Shown here: piece by piece, positions 1 through 18,429 of the stretch
How the letters are laid out: every line of letters begins with the position of its first letter
How positions within the stretch are numbered: the stretch's first letter is position 1
NCBI RefSeq assembly: GCF_006345805.1
Contig: NC_042997.1
Coordinates: forward strand, 165,602,001 to 165,666,000
Origin: Octopus sinensis
Taxonomy: Eukaryota
DNA: 64,000 nt
Reading direction: 5' to 3'
The notes under the pieces: generated by a model
What the model saw: only the letters and a program-made list of their open reading frames with translations
Database searches by the model: none
What the model was told of the DNA's origin: nothing
Position numbers and translations under genes: made by a program

Positions 1-222
1 CCACCCGAGCGTGCCTGTCTTCCAGCCTCGTCTGGCACCTGTGTCGGTGGCACATAAAATCACCCACTACACTCTCGGAGTGGTTGGCGTTAGGAAGGGC
101 ATCCAGCTGTAGAAACACTGCCAGATCTGACTGGCCTGGTGCAGCCTTCAGGCTCACCAGACCCCAGTTGGACCGTCCAACCCATGCTAGCATGGAAAGC
201 GGACGTTAAACGATGATGATGA

Positions 223-225
<3 letters not shown>
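1..225 (+). mobile_element. 3' part of a SINE/RTE-LINE tail family ending in (GAT)n
   Basis: Ends '...cccatgctagcatggaaagcggacgttaaacgatgatgatgatga'. The same sequence recurs at about 3430-3628 (-), 6930-7170, 14230-14390 and 19790-19980. Short tandem-repeat tails are typical of RTE-mobilised elements. Confidence 0.75.
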
Positions 226-261
<36 letters not shown>

Positions 262-1826
262 GAAATGAGGTACTCAGAAAATCAGATGGTTTATATTTAC
301 AGATATTTATTTGTATATTACATTTTTTTATACATCATATAACTTAGATCATGTATTAGCGCTTTCTCCCATTCTAGTGGGGTTTTCAAATCAAACTAAG
401 TTCCTGTGTGAAAAGTTTTGACCATTTTATAGTGGTATTGAGTTTGTAGTGGTGGGGAGGAATATAAGACAGTAAGTACAAGAGGGTGATGGATAAGGAG
501 AAAGTGAGAGAGAGAGCATGTGTGTGTGTGTGTGTGTGTGGTTTTGTATTTGGAATGAGTACTAAAGAAAAAGAGGGGAAGGGAGAGGGAAGAAGAAGAA
601 AATAATTTTATTTGCTCTGCTGGACAGCATGCTTACTCCAAGGGGGGGGTCTAAGATCTTGGGGAAAAAGAATTTCAGTTTTGACCATTTCATAATGTTA
701 TTGAGTGTGTGGTGGCGGGGGGGTAGACCATAAATTATATTTCTTTTTATCATTGTGAGAGAAAGTGTGTGTGTTTAATGAGGGATGGTCAAATGGTTTT
801 TTTGGGTTTAGAGAAGAATTCTTTTTATGATTGTTTGGTGGAGGTATGTGTGAGTAAAATCCAAAAGTCCAACAGAGTTTAATATGAGTCCATCCAAATG
901 TGAAGTTTATAAGCAATGTAAGATTCTCTTAAAGTTGGTCATTCCTGGTAGGGAATTTATATAGAATGTAGCAGATTCAAGGTTTGTGTTTAAACTGACC
1001 TAGAAATAGGGAGTGTATTAGTTTGGTCAATTGAAAACAGGAAGAGAGGAATGACAAAGAAAAAAAAAAGAGATGAAAGGAGGAGAGAAAGAAAGAATTA
1101 AAGAGAAAGAAGAAGATTAGTAAAAACAAAAATAATCAATTCCCTGAAGGTATGAATAAAGAGAATAAGGAAAATAAAAATAAAAAAACTATTTTATTTA
1201 GCTTAAAATCTTTAATTTGTTACCCCCCAAATATTTTTTTTATATCACAATCAATTAAAAATGTATGATTAAAAATTAAAATCTAAAATTGAAGATTATT
1301 TCCCAAACTCCATTTATGAATATTATGCTTTTTTGTTTATATATTGCAAGAAATATTCCATATTTTCTGGAAACTTTTCAAAAATCAGACCACTCAGGTA
1401 AAAGACCAAATTAAGTCCAAGTTTAGAACCAGAATTTAAAATTAAGCATTCACTTTCCATTTAAAATACACCAAATTATTGTTTGTTTCCCCCTTTTCAG
1501 TAATTTAACACATTTCCTTTGATTTTTCCCAAACCTCAGAAATAAACTCAGGCATATTTTTGCTCCAATGAAATACATATATACAAATTTATAAATTTCT
1601 CTGGTATCATCTTTGTTAAAAAGTTGAAATTCTGTTAAGGACAACTTAGGTCAATAAATAACATGCCAGTCCAATCCTTCTTGCCAAAATTATGGCCTTG
1701 TACCACCAGTAGAAATTATTGCTGTCATTTAAAATAAATTTATTCTCTCATGTAAAGTTTTTCACAAAATAATATTTATTTAAATTTTGTTGCAGAACAA
1801 CCACAATGAGATTCTTTGTCTGAAGT

Positions 1827-6297
<4,471 letters not shown>

Positions 6298-6807
6298 AAG
6301 TAGTCTTTTGTTGTTGTTTTTTAATTGCTATTCAGATTTTATTTATTTTTTACTGCATCACTGGTGATTGAATACTTTGTCTTTTTTGCAATATGTGAAG
6401 GGTGATTCAAGATAGGGAAGCTCATCTTATCCCAAGCTCCTGACTGACTGGAAATCCAGGGCATGAGATGTAAAGGAAAACAAATAGTTAAAAAAAGCCA
6501 AAGCAATCTTGTAGACCTACCATCTGTTGTTCATGTTTTAATTGAAATAATACGAAGTTTCTCATGTTAAAGTTTTCATATCCAAATTAAAATCTTTCAT
6601 TGTAACTATTTGTAAGGGCCTTATCTTAAATTTTGTACTAATTTAATAATATACCAATTAAAGAAAAAGTTAATTTTCTTAATCCTTAACTACTATTTAG
6701 ATAGTCAAGTTAGTATTAACATGTTTAATGCAGGGAGCATTAAAAGGTTAATTAGAATTTATGTGATGTGCAAAAAATGATACTAATCATCAGCTGTTAT
6801 TATTTTA

Positions 6808-8311
6808 TCAGGTCATCCCATAAGTTCTGTCCGATTTTACCTTTTTTAAAATTGAATGAAATTTAATAGTATTTTATGCATTTATGTGCATTTGAACTAA
6901 TTAAATATTATTTTACAGAATAATTAAAAAAAAAAGATGATTTTTCCGTGAGCGTTGCCAATACCACCTGACTGGCCCTCGTGCCGGTGACACATAAAAG
7001 CACCCACTACACTCTCAGAGTGATTGGCGTTAGGAAGGACATCCAGCTGAAGAAACTCTTCCAGATCAAGATTGGAGCCTGGTGCAGCCATCTGGTTTGC
7101 CAGTCCTCGGTCAAATCGTCTAACCCATGCTAGCATGGAAAGCAGACGTTAAACGATGACGATGATGATGAATAGAATTAAAATTTCTTTCGTTAAAACC
7201 CTTTCTAACATGGAAGTATCCAATGCGCATTTGAAGCACATAATGCTTTATGAGTACAAAAAAGGAAACTCTGCAGCCGAAGCGACTTGAAATATACACT
7301 CAGTTTATGGGAAAGAATGCTTGAATGAAAGAACTTGCAGAAGATGGTTTGCAAAATTCAGAAGTGGAGATTTCAGCCTTGAAGATGAAGATCGAACAGG
7401 ACATCCAGTTGAGTTTGATAAGCTCCTTGAGGCATTACTTGAAGAAAATCCTGCATTATCAGTTGAAGAATTGGCAATAAAGTTTAATTCAAATCATACA
7501 ACTGATCATTGTCATCTTCAACAACTTGGAAAGGTTCCTGAACTTGGAAAATGGGTGCCTCACAAATTGTCCGAAAGCAACTGCAAATCCCAAGTTGACA
7601 TCTGCTCTTCTCTCCATTCACGCAAACTCATTTCACTCTTTTTGGATAGACTTGTGACTGGTGATGAAAAATGGATCTTCTATCAAAATGTTTAATATCA
7701 TAAACAGTGGCTTGATAAAAGGGAAAAAGCTCAACCACAACCGAGAAGAGAACTCCATGGGGAAAAAAGTTCTTCTCTCTATCTGGTGGTATTGCAAAAG
7801 AGTAATTCACTTTGAATTGTTACCCCTAATGCAACAACCAATGCTCAAGTCTACTGTCAGCAATTAGAGTGTTTGGACGAAGCTTTGAATAAAAAAAGAC
7901 CCCTCTTTAGTGAATCGAAAAGGAGTGATGTTTCATCAGGACAATGCACAACCCCACACTGCAAAGATCACATCACAGAAGATCAAAGAACTTAGTTGGG
8001 AAAAAATTCCTCATCCACCTTATTCTCCCAACCTTGCTCCTTTAGACTACCATTTGCTTCGTAGTTTACAGAATCATTTGGGAGACATAACTTTCGCAAG
8101 CCAGGAGGTGGTTGAAACTGACATTTCAGAGTTCTTTGCTTTGAAACCAAAAGAGTTTTACATTTATGGGATTAAAAAGCTTGTAAATAGATGGAAGGAA
8201 GTCATAGATAATCAGGGAAAGTACAGTGGTGATTAAATTTCAATTAAATATAACATTTGATCACTTGTTTTCTTTACTCAAAATTCTGACAGAACTTATG
8301 GGATGACCTGA
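6808..8311 (+). mobile_element. Full-length mariner DNA transposon with decayed transposase and a nested SINE
   Basis: Perfect 24-bp TIRs (tcaggtcatcccataagttctgtc at 6808-6831; reverse complement at 8288-8311) with TA target duplications at 6806-6807 and 8312-8313. The transposase runs from ATG 7210 to 8236 with WVPHKL, VTGDEKW, HQDNA and YSPNLAPLDY motifs, broken by stops (7288-7290, 7693-7695) and frameshifts. Confidence 0.95.
6930..7170 (+). mobile_element. SINE/RTE-tail copy nested inside the mariner 5' region
   Basis: Same family as 1-225, located between the left TIR and the transposase ATG. Confidence 0.8.
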
Positions 8312-9678
8312 TAATTTTTAACAGGCAGATATGAGAGATAACTTTGAATATATCTCAAGCTAGACTTCACCAGATTTACTGAAGTAATAATATAAGAAAG
8401 AATCACTTAGTAAATATACAAATGTACACCAATTGGTAGAGAAAAGCAGAAATTGAATAGCTTAGATTTAGCAAGAAGAGTAATTGAAACCACTATGGAT
8501 ATTTAGTTTTTATATTTAATGTAGAGTTTCTGCACATTGTTTACCTCTAAACCAACCTGATTTAGCAAATTTGTAGCCAAAGGTGTCTCAACTGTAAATA
8601 TCTAAAGACATGGAACTACCCTATCTGATATGCTCTTTCTCTTTTTAAGCATTTGTATGTGTGTTTGTGTGTGCATATATCCCGTCAAGTGGTTGTCAAA
8701 CTGAACAAAGAAGGCTTAGTATTTTGAGATCTTTTTCAACCTTTCTAGTGGTGGGTCAATGAAAAATGCATTAAGTACACTGTAGAGTGGTTGGTGGAAG
8801 GGAAGGAATTAATTCATAGAAACCAGGTCAAATAACGTGTATGAGTATCAGTCTGTGGAATCAAGAGGTGGTGGTTAAGAAGCTTACTTTAGGTTCAGTT
8901 CCACTCCAAGGCCCTTGGGCAAGTGTTTTCTTCTATAATCATGGGTCAACCAAAGCCATGTGAGTGGATATGGCATTTTGGGCAAGGGTCTTCTTCCTCG
9001 GGCTTGAGTCAACCCAAGCCTTGTGAATGAAATTGAATAAACTGGAACTGTGAGGAAGCCTGTTATGTTGACTATACCTGTAATTCAAAAGTTCAGCTTT
9101 GTCACACTTTCACACTGATTCTGCCTGAGGATTACATTAACACTACACATGTCTGTGGAATATTCAGCTACTTCTATGCTAATTCATTGAGCAAGCAGTA
9201 CAGCTGATAGATCAAGTAAATATGCATTGTTGAAACTATAAGAGATCCATTTACTATTTACTTTAAATGAAATTCAACATAAATGGAGAACCTAACCTAC
9301 ACACTGCTCCATATAATAAACCACTGCATATCTCCATCTATGTGGGATACGACATATCTGGAACTCCAGGTTTGAGGATTGTACCTAGTTATTCAACTAC
9401 TTATGTCCCATAGATTTTACTTGATCCTGACTCACTGGAGTGAGTGACTGTACTTTTGATTGTTGAATTTCATGCCAGATGAGTGTGTTATCCTCTATGG
9501 TATTTTTCTAAAGGAATGTTATTTTACTGTTTAAGAAGAAAGATTTACTTTCATTCAAATAGTGAAAGTAAACTTATATAACCTGTAACAACAGCAAAAA
9601 AAAAATTTGGTGACAAAACATCTAGCCACAACTGGAGTTACATAGCAATGACTAATTGTTATGAATCAGTTTAAAATT

Positions 9679-10073
9679 GGCAGGAGTGGCTGTGTGGTAA
9701 GTAGCTTGCTAACCAACCACATGGTTCCGGGTTCAGTCCCACTGCGTGGCATCTTGGGCAAGTGTCTTCTGCTATAGCCCCAGGCCAACCAATGCTTTGT
9801 GAGTGGATTTAGTAGACGGAAACTGAAAGAAGCCTGTCGTATATATGTACATATATATATGTATGTGTGTGTGTTTGTTCCCCTAGCATTGCTTGACAAC
9901 CAATGCTGGTGTGTTTACGTCCCCGTCACTTAGCGGTTCGGCAAAAAGAGACCGATAGAATAAGTACTGGGCTTACAAAAAGAATAGGTCCCGGGGTCGA
10001 GTTACTCGACTAAAGGCGGTGCTCCAGCATGGCCGCAGTCAAATGACTGAAACAAGTAAAAGAGTAAAGAGTA
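9679..10073 (+). mobile_element. tRNA-derived SINE (family A), full length with internal microsatellite
   Basis: The head has A-box-like TGGCTGTGTGG and B-box-like GGTTCAGTCCC, followed by an internal (TA/TG)n and the tail 'gactgaaacaagtaaaagagtaaaga'. Related copies are at about 2776-2930, 8870-9060, 17190-17318, 34620-34690, 45444-45818 (-) and 54160-54345 (-). Confidence 0.8.
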
Positions 10074-11549
10074 AGTGGGAGGTTAATTATATTGACTTGA
10101 GTATTTGACTGGTATTTTATTTTACTGATCCTGAGAGGATAAAAGGCAAAGTCAACTTCAGTGGCATTTGAACACGGAATTCATCAAACAGCTGGAAGAA
10201 ATGTTGGTATTTTGTTTCATGCAATAATGATTCTGCAGTTCTCTGCCTTTTGAAAAAATTTAGTATTATATTAAACTTTATTTTGTGCTGCTACTAATAT
10301 AAAACAATTAAACCAAGAATCCATTTGATTTAACTCGAGTTTTTATTTGCTATATATATATACAAAATCTTTTTACATAGTTTTTTAAAAATAATTTTAT
10401 GTTACAAAATATACAAAATATACAATACTGTGTGGATATAAATTAAGTTGATATTTTCATCTCTTCTAAGATACTAATATTATAATTGTGGCTGGAAAGA
10501 AAAAAGGAAAAAAGCATGGTTAGTACAATAAAGGCAGGATATTGTTCAATTCAATAGTCATTGGAGAAATTCGAGTAATTTAAGTAATAATTTTACATTG
10601 TCACTATCATTATCATAATGATTTAAGGAAAGACATCTAACTATAAATTTCATGCTGCAATAATTCATTTAAAAATATGAATTTGAAAACCTATCCAGCC
10701 CCTATTACCATACAAAAACATAATTTTAAAAAACACTATGCTGGTTTAATATATTTTTAAACAATATAATAAATTTTTCTATGTTTGACCCATTTTTAAC
10801 AATATCTCTTTGCAATATTCACTTAATTTATATAATTGTTAATTAAGACTTTTACTTGCACTAAAAAATAAGCATATTTTTAATACAAAAGACTAAACCA
10901 GAAACTGTTGGTTTTCATGATTTAAGATGCTATTAGACTGTTATAAGGTTGACACCATTTAATGTTGATATGTACAAAATATATTATTGTACTATGTATA
11001 CTATTTACAGATTATGATGCTTCTATTATAACTCAAAAGAAAAGTTAAAATGAAGCAGTTACGTCTATTTGATTTTAAATTAATCAATTCAGATTAAGAC
11101 TGAAGTTGCTATTTGTGTGAGTGTATGTATTAAATGTGCTTTAAACAAGTATATTGGTGATAATGTGAGACATACTTTGAGCAAGTGCATTGGTGATTAG
11201 ATATATATCATTATCACCAGTGATTCATATTGTCTATGGTACTATATTGTGTCTATGACTGGAACACTTAACTCTCATAGCCCAGTCCATCTAGCTGTAA
11301 AAAGGCACAAGAATATAAATAATTTTCCACTCCAAGTAGTTATTTGTTAGTGCATAGTAGCAAGTTCAATTTGTCTTATGGACAAGCATGTCCAAGGAGA
11401 TATTTATCTCTTATTTACTTAAAACTACAAAAACTGGAGAAGATAAACACCAGGCCATATGAATCATTGATTTGAAAAGGATTAGCTTATCTGGTTGGGG
11501 AGGTATTTTAAGACCTATTAGAGTTGAAATTATTAGTTGAATTTGATTA

Positions 11550-14500
11550 TTAAAGAAATTTAATACTTACAATTTGGTGATTGTTGAAACAATCATTTTT
11601 GGTACAGGTTACTATTTTCTTGTGGCAAAAACACACATTGCATTGATCGTTCGATCTGAAGTATTCACCTTGCTTACGATATTTTCCATTATATAAGCAA
11701 GAATCTTGTAGCGAGCAGTCATTTTTAGTGCAGACTGGTTTACCATCAAAACAGTGACATGTATTGCAATCAACGTTGAAATTTTCTCCATGATTATAAG
11801 CTTTGTTGCCATAGAAACATTGCTTTTTCTTACAATTACTCTTTTCACAGTAGAAGAAACCTTTTGCTGTGCATGTACAGGTCCTGCACTGAATTCTAAT
11901 CTTCTTTCCTATTCTGTAGTTTACACCATTGTATTTACATTGTTTTAGGCATGATGACTGTGAGCATATAATGCTTTGATCTGGCTGACATTTACATACA
12001 TTGCAATTATCTGTAAAAATTTCACCTACATTATATATTGTGCCATTAAATCTACATCTACAGTCACGTGTTATTTTGCATGTAACTTTAACATCAACTC
12101 CACATTTGCATGTATAACAGCCATCATCAAAGACTTCATTAATATCGTATTTCTTCCATTTATATTCACATTTACATGGTTTTTTGACACATTCTACAGT
12201 TCCATTTTCTTTGCATTTACATTCATAGCACGCATCAAGGAATAATTCACCAATGCGATAGTCTTTTCCCTTATAATTACAAGAACAGTTTTTAGTTTTG
12301 GTACATGCAAATTTGCCTGTATGTAGACATTTACATGTCTTACAACCATCTTTGAATGTTTCTCCAATATTATACTTCATTCCATTGTTAATGCAGGTAG
12401 TTGTGTTTTTAGTACATTGAACCATACCAGATTCTTTACAGATGCATACATTGCAGTTGTCAGTAAATGTATCATTGATGGCATAGACCATTCCATTATA
12501 TTTGCACTCGCATAAATCTCTAGTGCACATTATATAACCATTAATGTCACAAATACAATCGTTACAATTATCTTTAAATACGTCTCCAATTCTATACGTG
12601 ACATTTCTGTATTGACAATGACAAGACCTTTTACTGCATTGGACCATGCCAGTCATTTCACATCGGCAAATATTACAATTGTCCCTAAATATTTCTCTAT
12701 ATTGATAAATTTCATCCTTATATTTACATATACAAGGAGTATTGTTGCAGTGAATCTTGCCACCTGCTTTGCAGATACAGGTGTTACAATTATCTTTAAA
12801 GCTTTCTCCAATTTGGTATGTTACTCCACTAAGCTTGCATACACATGTGTTATTAGTACAGTTTACAGCACCATCAGCTTTACAGACACATGTATTGCAG
12901 TTATCTGTAAAATTTTGGCCAGCTGAATACATTTTTGTTTTATAAATGCAGACACATGATTTATTGTTGCAACTCACAGTTCCATCTATTTTACATTGAC
13001 AAGTCTTACACTTGTCCATAAAGGACTCACCTGCTGAATAAATAGTGCCTCCATACTTACAGGTGGTGTTTTTATTTGTACAGTAGAAGCTAGCATTTTC
13101 TTGACAAGTGCAAACAATATACTTTGTTTGAAATGATTCTCCAATTTTATAATCGATTTTGTTATGAGTGCACTTACATATTTTAGTCGTACATTTAATA
13201 TTACCTGTACTAAGACATGTACATGAGTTACAACCATTTTTAAATACTTCATTAACTTTATAAGTTTTGCCTTGATGTGTGCAAGTATTGTTGCATTTGT
13301 ACACACAGCTCACACTGCCATCTGCTTTACAAACACAAGCATTACAAAGAGAGCTAAATGTCTCCAGAGGCCTATACTTTTTTCCATTGTATATGCAATA
13401 TTGTGGTTGGCTACTGCAGTCTAGTTGAGTACAATTCACAACACCTAATTGTTTGCAGACACATGTATTGCAGTCCTTCTTAAAAACGTCTCCCTTCTTA
13501 TATGTCTTTCCATTGAAAGTGCATTGATTGCTCGGCTGGTTACAATTTACTTCACTACATTGAACACTGCCATCACGTTTACATACACATTCTCTACAAC
13601 CCATTTTGAAACTTTCTCCTTCACTGTATGTAAGACCATTGAAGTTACAAGTTTGTTTCTTCATAGAACAAGGTCTAACTGTGCAGATTATATAACCTGA
13701 TGGATCACAGTAGCAGGTATTGCAACCATCAGAACTATTGAAAAACTCTCCGCCATTAAACTTCTTGTTTTCATATTCACATGATTCTGGAAAGAATTAA
13801 AATTATTAGAAAATTTTAGTCAAAATAAAAGTACCAAAAATACTTAAGAGTAAAGAATGCATTTTTATATTTAATTCATTTCACACTTTTTTGTATACCA
13901 AAGTCAATATTAAAACTAAAGCTGCATATAGTACATGAGAATAAATTGTAAATCTTTTCCCTACTCGCTTTATTTATGAAAATGATGTAATCAAGTTTTC
14001 TTATTTAAAAGCAAGAAAATTGCTACAAAGCTGCATGAAAAACTTTTTCTCTATGCTAACGGATACAGAAACATGGTGTTGTCAGCATAATTAAAACAGC
14101 AAGATAAGGCAAGATGTGACATGTGCATTACATTTTTATTTGCCTCTGACTTGTCCATACCTCTCTTTCCAAACTTCATGGCAAGCTTAATAGTGCAGGT
14201 TGCTCAAAAAAAAAAGAAATCATCCAGTACATGTTGTAAAGTGGTTGGCATTAGGAAGGGCATCCAGCCATAAAAACTATGCCAAAACAGATGATGAAGC
14301 TTGATGCAGTCCTTGGATACCTCAGTCCCTGTCAAACCATCCAACCCATGTCAGCATGGAACATGGATGTTAAATGATGATGATGATTATCACTATCATC
14401 ATCATTTTATAAGTAGGGACAATCTAAGGGCATAAAGTGCTCAGTAGATGATGACGATGCTGCTGCTGCTGCTGATGATGATGATGATGCACTGAGTTCA

Positions 14501-17500
14501 TACCATCTTACTGATCATGACAGAAGCCTGAATGAATTCTTTCACTATAATTCCAAAATATATGCAACAGGAATGTGTCCTTCCCCCACACCCTATGAAG
14601 CAAATTAAAAAAAAAAATTTTATAAGTGAAACAACATGGTTACTTACTTCCAACTGAAACGAATTTTGTTTTTCCGATACAGGCTTCATCAGTGCATAAG
14701 TATTTATTATATCCTTGACAATCACATTCAGTGCACTTATCTTCAAGTAATATTGTTTTACCTCTGTCCACATTAACTCCATTGTATGTACAATTGTAAG
14801 GATTCATGCTATCTAAGAAAGACAAAGATTGTAAAGTTGAAAACATTCTGATAGATTTTAGAGTTAACATTAATCTTGCTATAAATCTAGTTATATAATA
14901 AAGCTTTCAAGCACACTAGAAGTTCAAAACTACTGAATTGCCACGCACCTGTGTACCAGTAATGAATAACTTCCTAGATTCTAAGCTAGGATTCAAAACC
15001 AAATCTATAATTTTCCACTCGTTTCTTTCCTATTGCTCTCAGCTTTTGCACTTAGATTTATGACAGCCAACTGTGACAATTAGTCAAGTTCCATTGTTTA
15101 ACTGAACATTCGTGGGTTAAATACTGTTCATGAGATAGACTCACTACTTTCCATTGCTCTCCAACTTTCATCCAGCTTTGCAACATGTACAAATACAGTA
15201 CCCTAATTCAGTTCTACCTCTTTCCACTTGGCTTCTGATCAAAGAAGCCTTTCATGTATGGCCTGTCATTGTGCAACCATACAACTTTCATCCTCTCTAC
15301 TAGGCTACATTCTTTTACTTTTTCACTCTCACTTCTTCCATCCACTTGCTAATCCTTTAATAACAAAACCAGTTCTTACTTGCAACACAAAACTTTTTGG
15401 TGATGAAGAGGCAACAGGTTTCACCTGAAAATAAATTGCAACAGAAATCAAAAATCAATGTCATAAATGTGCATCTGTGAAAGGGAAAATGCATTTAGAA
15501 ACCCAAATAAAACTTGCTAGTACTTTATAAAGACTCTCTATGAACACTTGAATATATCACAGCATAAGAGGCAAAATTAGTTCTATGAAATATTCTTTTC
15601 AATTTACAAATTTGCAACTGTCTGCAGTATCCAACTGCATTCATTTAAGATTTCCAGTAGTACAAGGTTTCTTTGTCATAGTCTATACCTTCTTACCAAA
15701 ATTTAAAAAATTCTATTGTGATAAAAGTTGAAGATAATCAAAACTGCTACCAGCTCTACTGTATATAACAGTTTCTCTCATCGTTACAATAATTGCCATC
15801 AGAATCTATTTACTTTTGATCACAATAAACTCTTGCATCCTTATTATAACACCATCGTGAATATATGGTATATTTTATTGATAATTTAATACAAAAACCA
15901 ATTTGATCATTTGCAAGGATAGAAATAAGATAGAACTCAATATTGGTGTTTTGTTCAATGCTTTCCCTTTTCTGCCATCTTTTGTTTTTCTATCAGGATT
16001 GCCTTTCAATCAGGACTGAAATCCTCGAGAAGAATGACCTTCAAATTGATAAACATTCAAAAATGAATGAATAAAAGTTGACATATGACTAATAACAATT
16101 TAGTGATGTATTTTCTACTTTTTTGTCAACTTGCATCAAGTATGAATGCATCACACATCCTGTTGATTAATGAGATTCATATTACATGGTTTTATCATTA
16201 AATTTTTTACGTGAGAATTGCTGCTCCTCAGATTATTTTAACATGCATGAAGAAAGGGGGATATATTTCTTTTGATTACAAAACACAAAATCATATTTTT
16301 TTAAATGCTTGTTGTACTTTTTTTGTTGTTGTTGTTTTACTTCTCAGAGCACTATGTCTTGTTTGCTCTAGTTGATTTTGTGAGAGCAGACAGCAGCTTG
16401 TTGTCAGAGGTCTCACAAGGTTTCTTTCCACACATAAGCTTTGATGATATTATTGTTGTTGTTGTTGTTGTCATCATTATTATTAGTTCTTTGAGTTTAA
16501 TAAACAAAATATATTTGAAATATGTAACAGTACCTATGCGACATTCCCTGGTTTCATTGCATGCTTTGGTTGCATTTATTGGTCGTTCATTTGGGCAGGT
16601 TGCATTTAACATTTCTGAAAAGAAAAGAGAGGGAAAAAAAGGATATTGATAGACTTATATAAAATCTCTAGTTGTGAGGAGAGAAAAATACTGGTTCATG
16701 ATATATTTGATAGTGTTCATTCACCATTTATACATAAACCATCATCATAATCAAACAAATAAGAATATCAATATGAATATGGGTGGATGCAAGAGCTAGG
16801 CTTGTACAGATGACATGGAACAAAGAATCCAAGGATGTGAGCACAGCTGTTCTAGCAGGTTGCTACACATCCTATACACAGAATACAAAATAAACAGCTT
16901 TGTCAGGCAGCAAGTTAACAAATATCCTGGTAGACAGGAATCACTCCTTGCACAGGCAAAAAAATGAAAGCTTGCCTGGTACAGTCACATATCCTTTCAC
17001 AACTCCTTGTCCAAAACCATGCTTCAGGGCACAGTTAGGGGAAGGTAAAAGAGAGACAGACTGGGAAAATCCTGGCCTGACAACATTAAGGAATGGTTAA
17101 GTCACAACACTATGGCCTGCTAGACATAACAGAGAACAGAGACCAGTGGCAACAGCTGACTGCAATGATGTGTAGAAATTTGAAAAATCTGGGGGAGACT
17201 GATAGAATAAGTACTAGGCTTGCAAAGAATAAGTCCTAGGGTCGATTTGTTCAACTAAATCCGGTGCTCCAGCATGACCACAGTCAAATGACTGAGACAA
17301 GTAAAAGAATAAAAGAATATATTTGTTTACGTTTCCCTCATACATTTTGAAGACCCTCAACACAAGACCAGGCATCTTCAACTACGAGACGCTTAGGACG
17401 ATTGCTTGAGTTACCAGTACCATCGGTTTGTCATGCATTTAAAACAAAAGTAAAAATTTTGGCAAAAAACATACATGTGATAATTTAATATATCAACTTA

Positions 17501-17656
17501 CCCATTGAATTTAAGGATCCCATAGAGATGTCAAAATCTACTCTCTCAGTAATTTGACTATTCATCAGAAGAGGTATAGGAGTAGGGGTTTCACTTTTAT
17601 GGATTACAAAACCTGAAATAGAAGAAACATTAACTTGTAATACGTCAATGTCAGCG

Positions 17657-17689
<33 letters not shown>

Positions 17690-18395
17690 CCACCACCACC
17701 ACTATCACCATCATCATCATTACTTATTCATTTTCCCGTGGCTGCATGGGTCAGGCCATACTTCTAATATATTTTACTACTTAGGAAAGTTGTATTTAAA
17801 GCTAATAAAGGTTAACAATGTTGTTCTTAAAGCTGTGTGTATGGTGACTGATTTTTAATCATTAGTTTTCATTTTTCCACACTTAAAAAAAAAGAAAAAG
17901 AAAAAAAGAAACCCTAAGAAAGTGTGAGCAGAATTTAGGCTACTTGAAATATGTTTGTGATATATTTCAACTGCTAAAAGGCATTGCAATTACCATGGAG
18001 AATAAATCTCTCTTATGGTTGAAAGGTGAAAACAAAACCAAATGGTAAGCTTATCAGATTGTTTAAGTTATTTTAATTATTATAATGGTGAATACAAGAC
18101 AAAGGCATGGCAAGCTTATCAGATCATTTAAATCATTTAAATTATTATAATGGTCAATATATATTTATATATATACATGTACATGTGTATGGATATACGT
18201 GTGTGTGTGTGTGTTTGTGTTATATCTATCTGTGTGTGTGTGTGTGTGTCTGTGAGTGCATGTGTGTGTGTGCATGCATGTGTGTGTGTGTGTGTACATA
18301 TATTTTATATAGATAGACAGGCTTTCAGATTGATAGATAGATACATACATACATACATACATATATATATATACATGCATAGATAGATAGATAGA

Positions 18396-18429
<34 letters not shown>

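Noticed and set aside
9679-9760. tRNA gene
   Set aside because: A- and B-box-like motifs belong to a SINE head; no full cloverleaf is visible and it continues into the SINE body.
11612-13700. Short ORFs overlapping the large Cys-rich exon on other frames or the + strand
   Set aside because: Shadow frames of the 2237-nt exon, with no independent signal.
15640-15850. Faint module-like words (SDGNYCN, CTTGNLK) on - in intron 2 of the Cys-rich gene
   Set aside because: Stops in all frames and no consistent Cys spacing; I cannot support a decayed exon.
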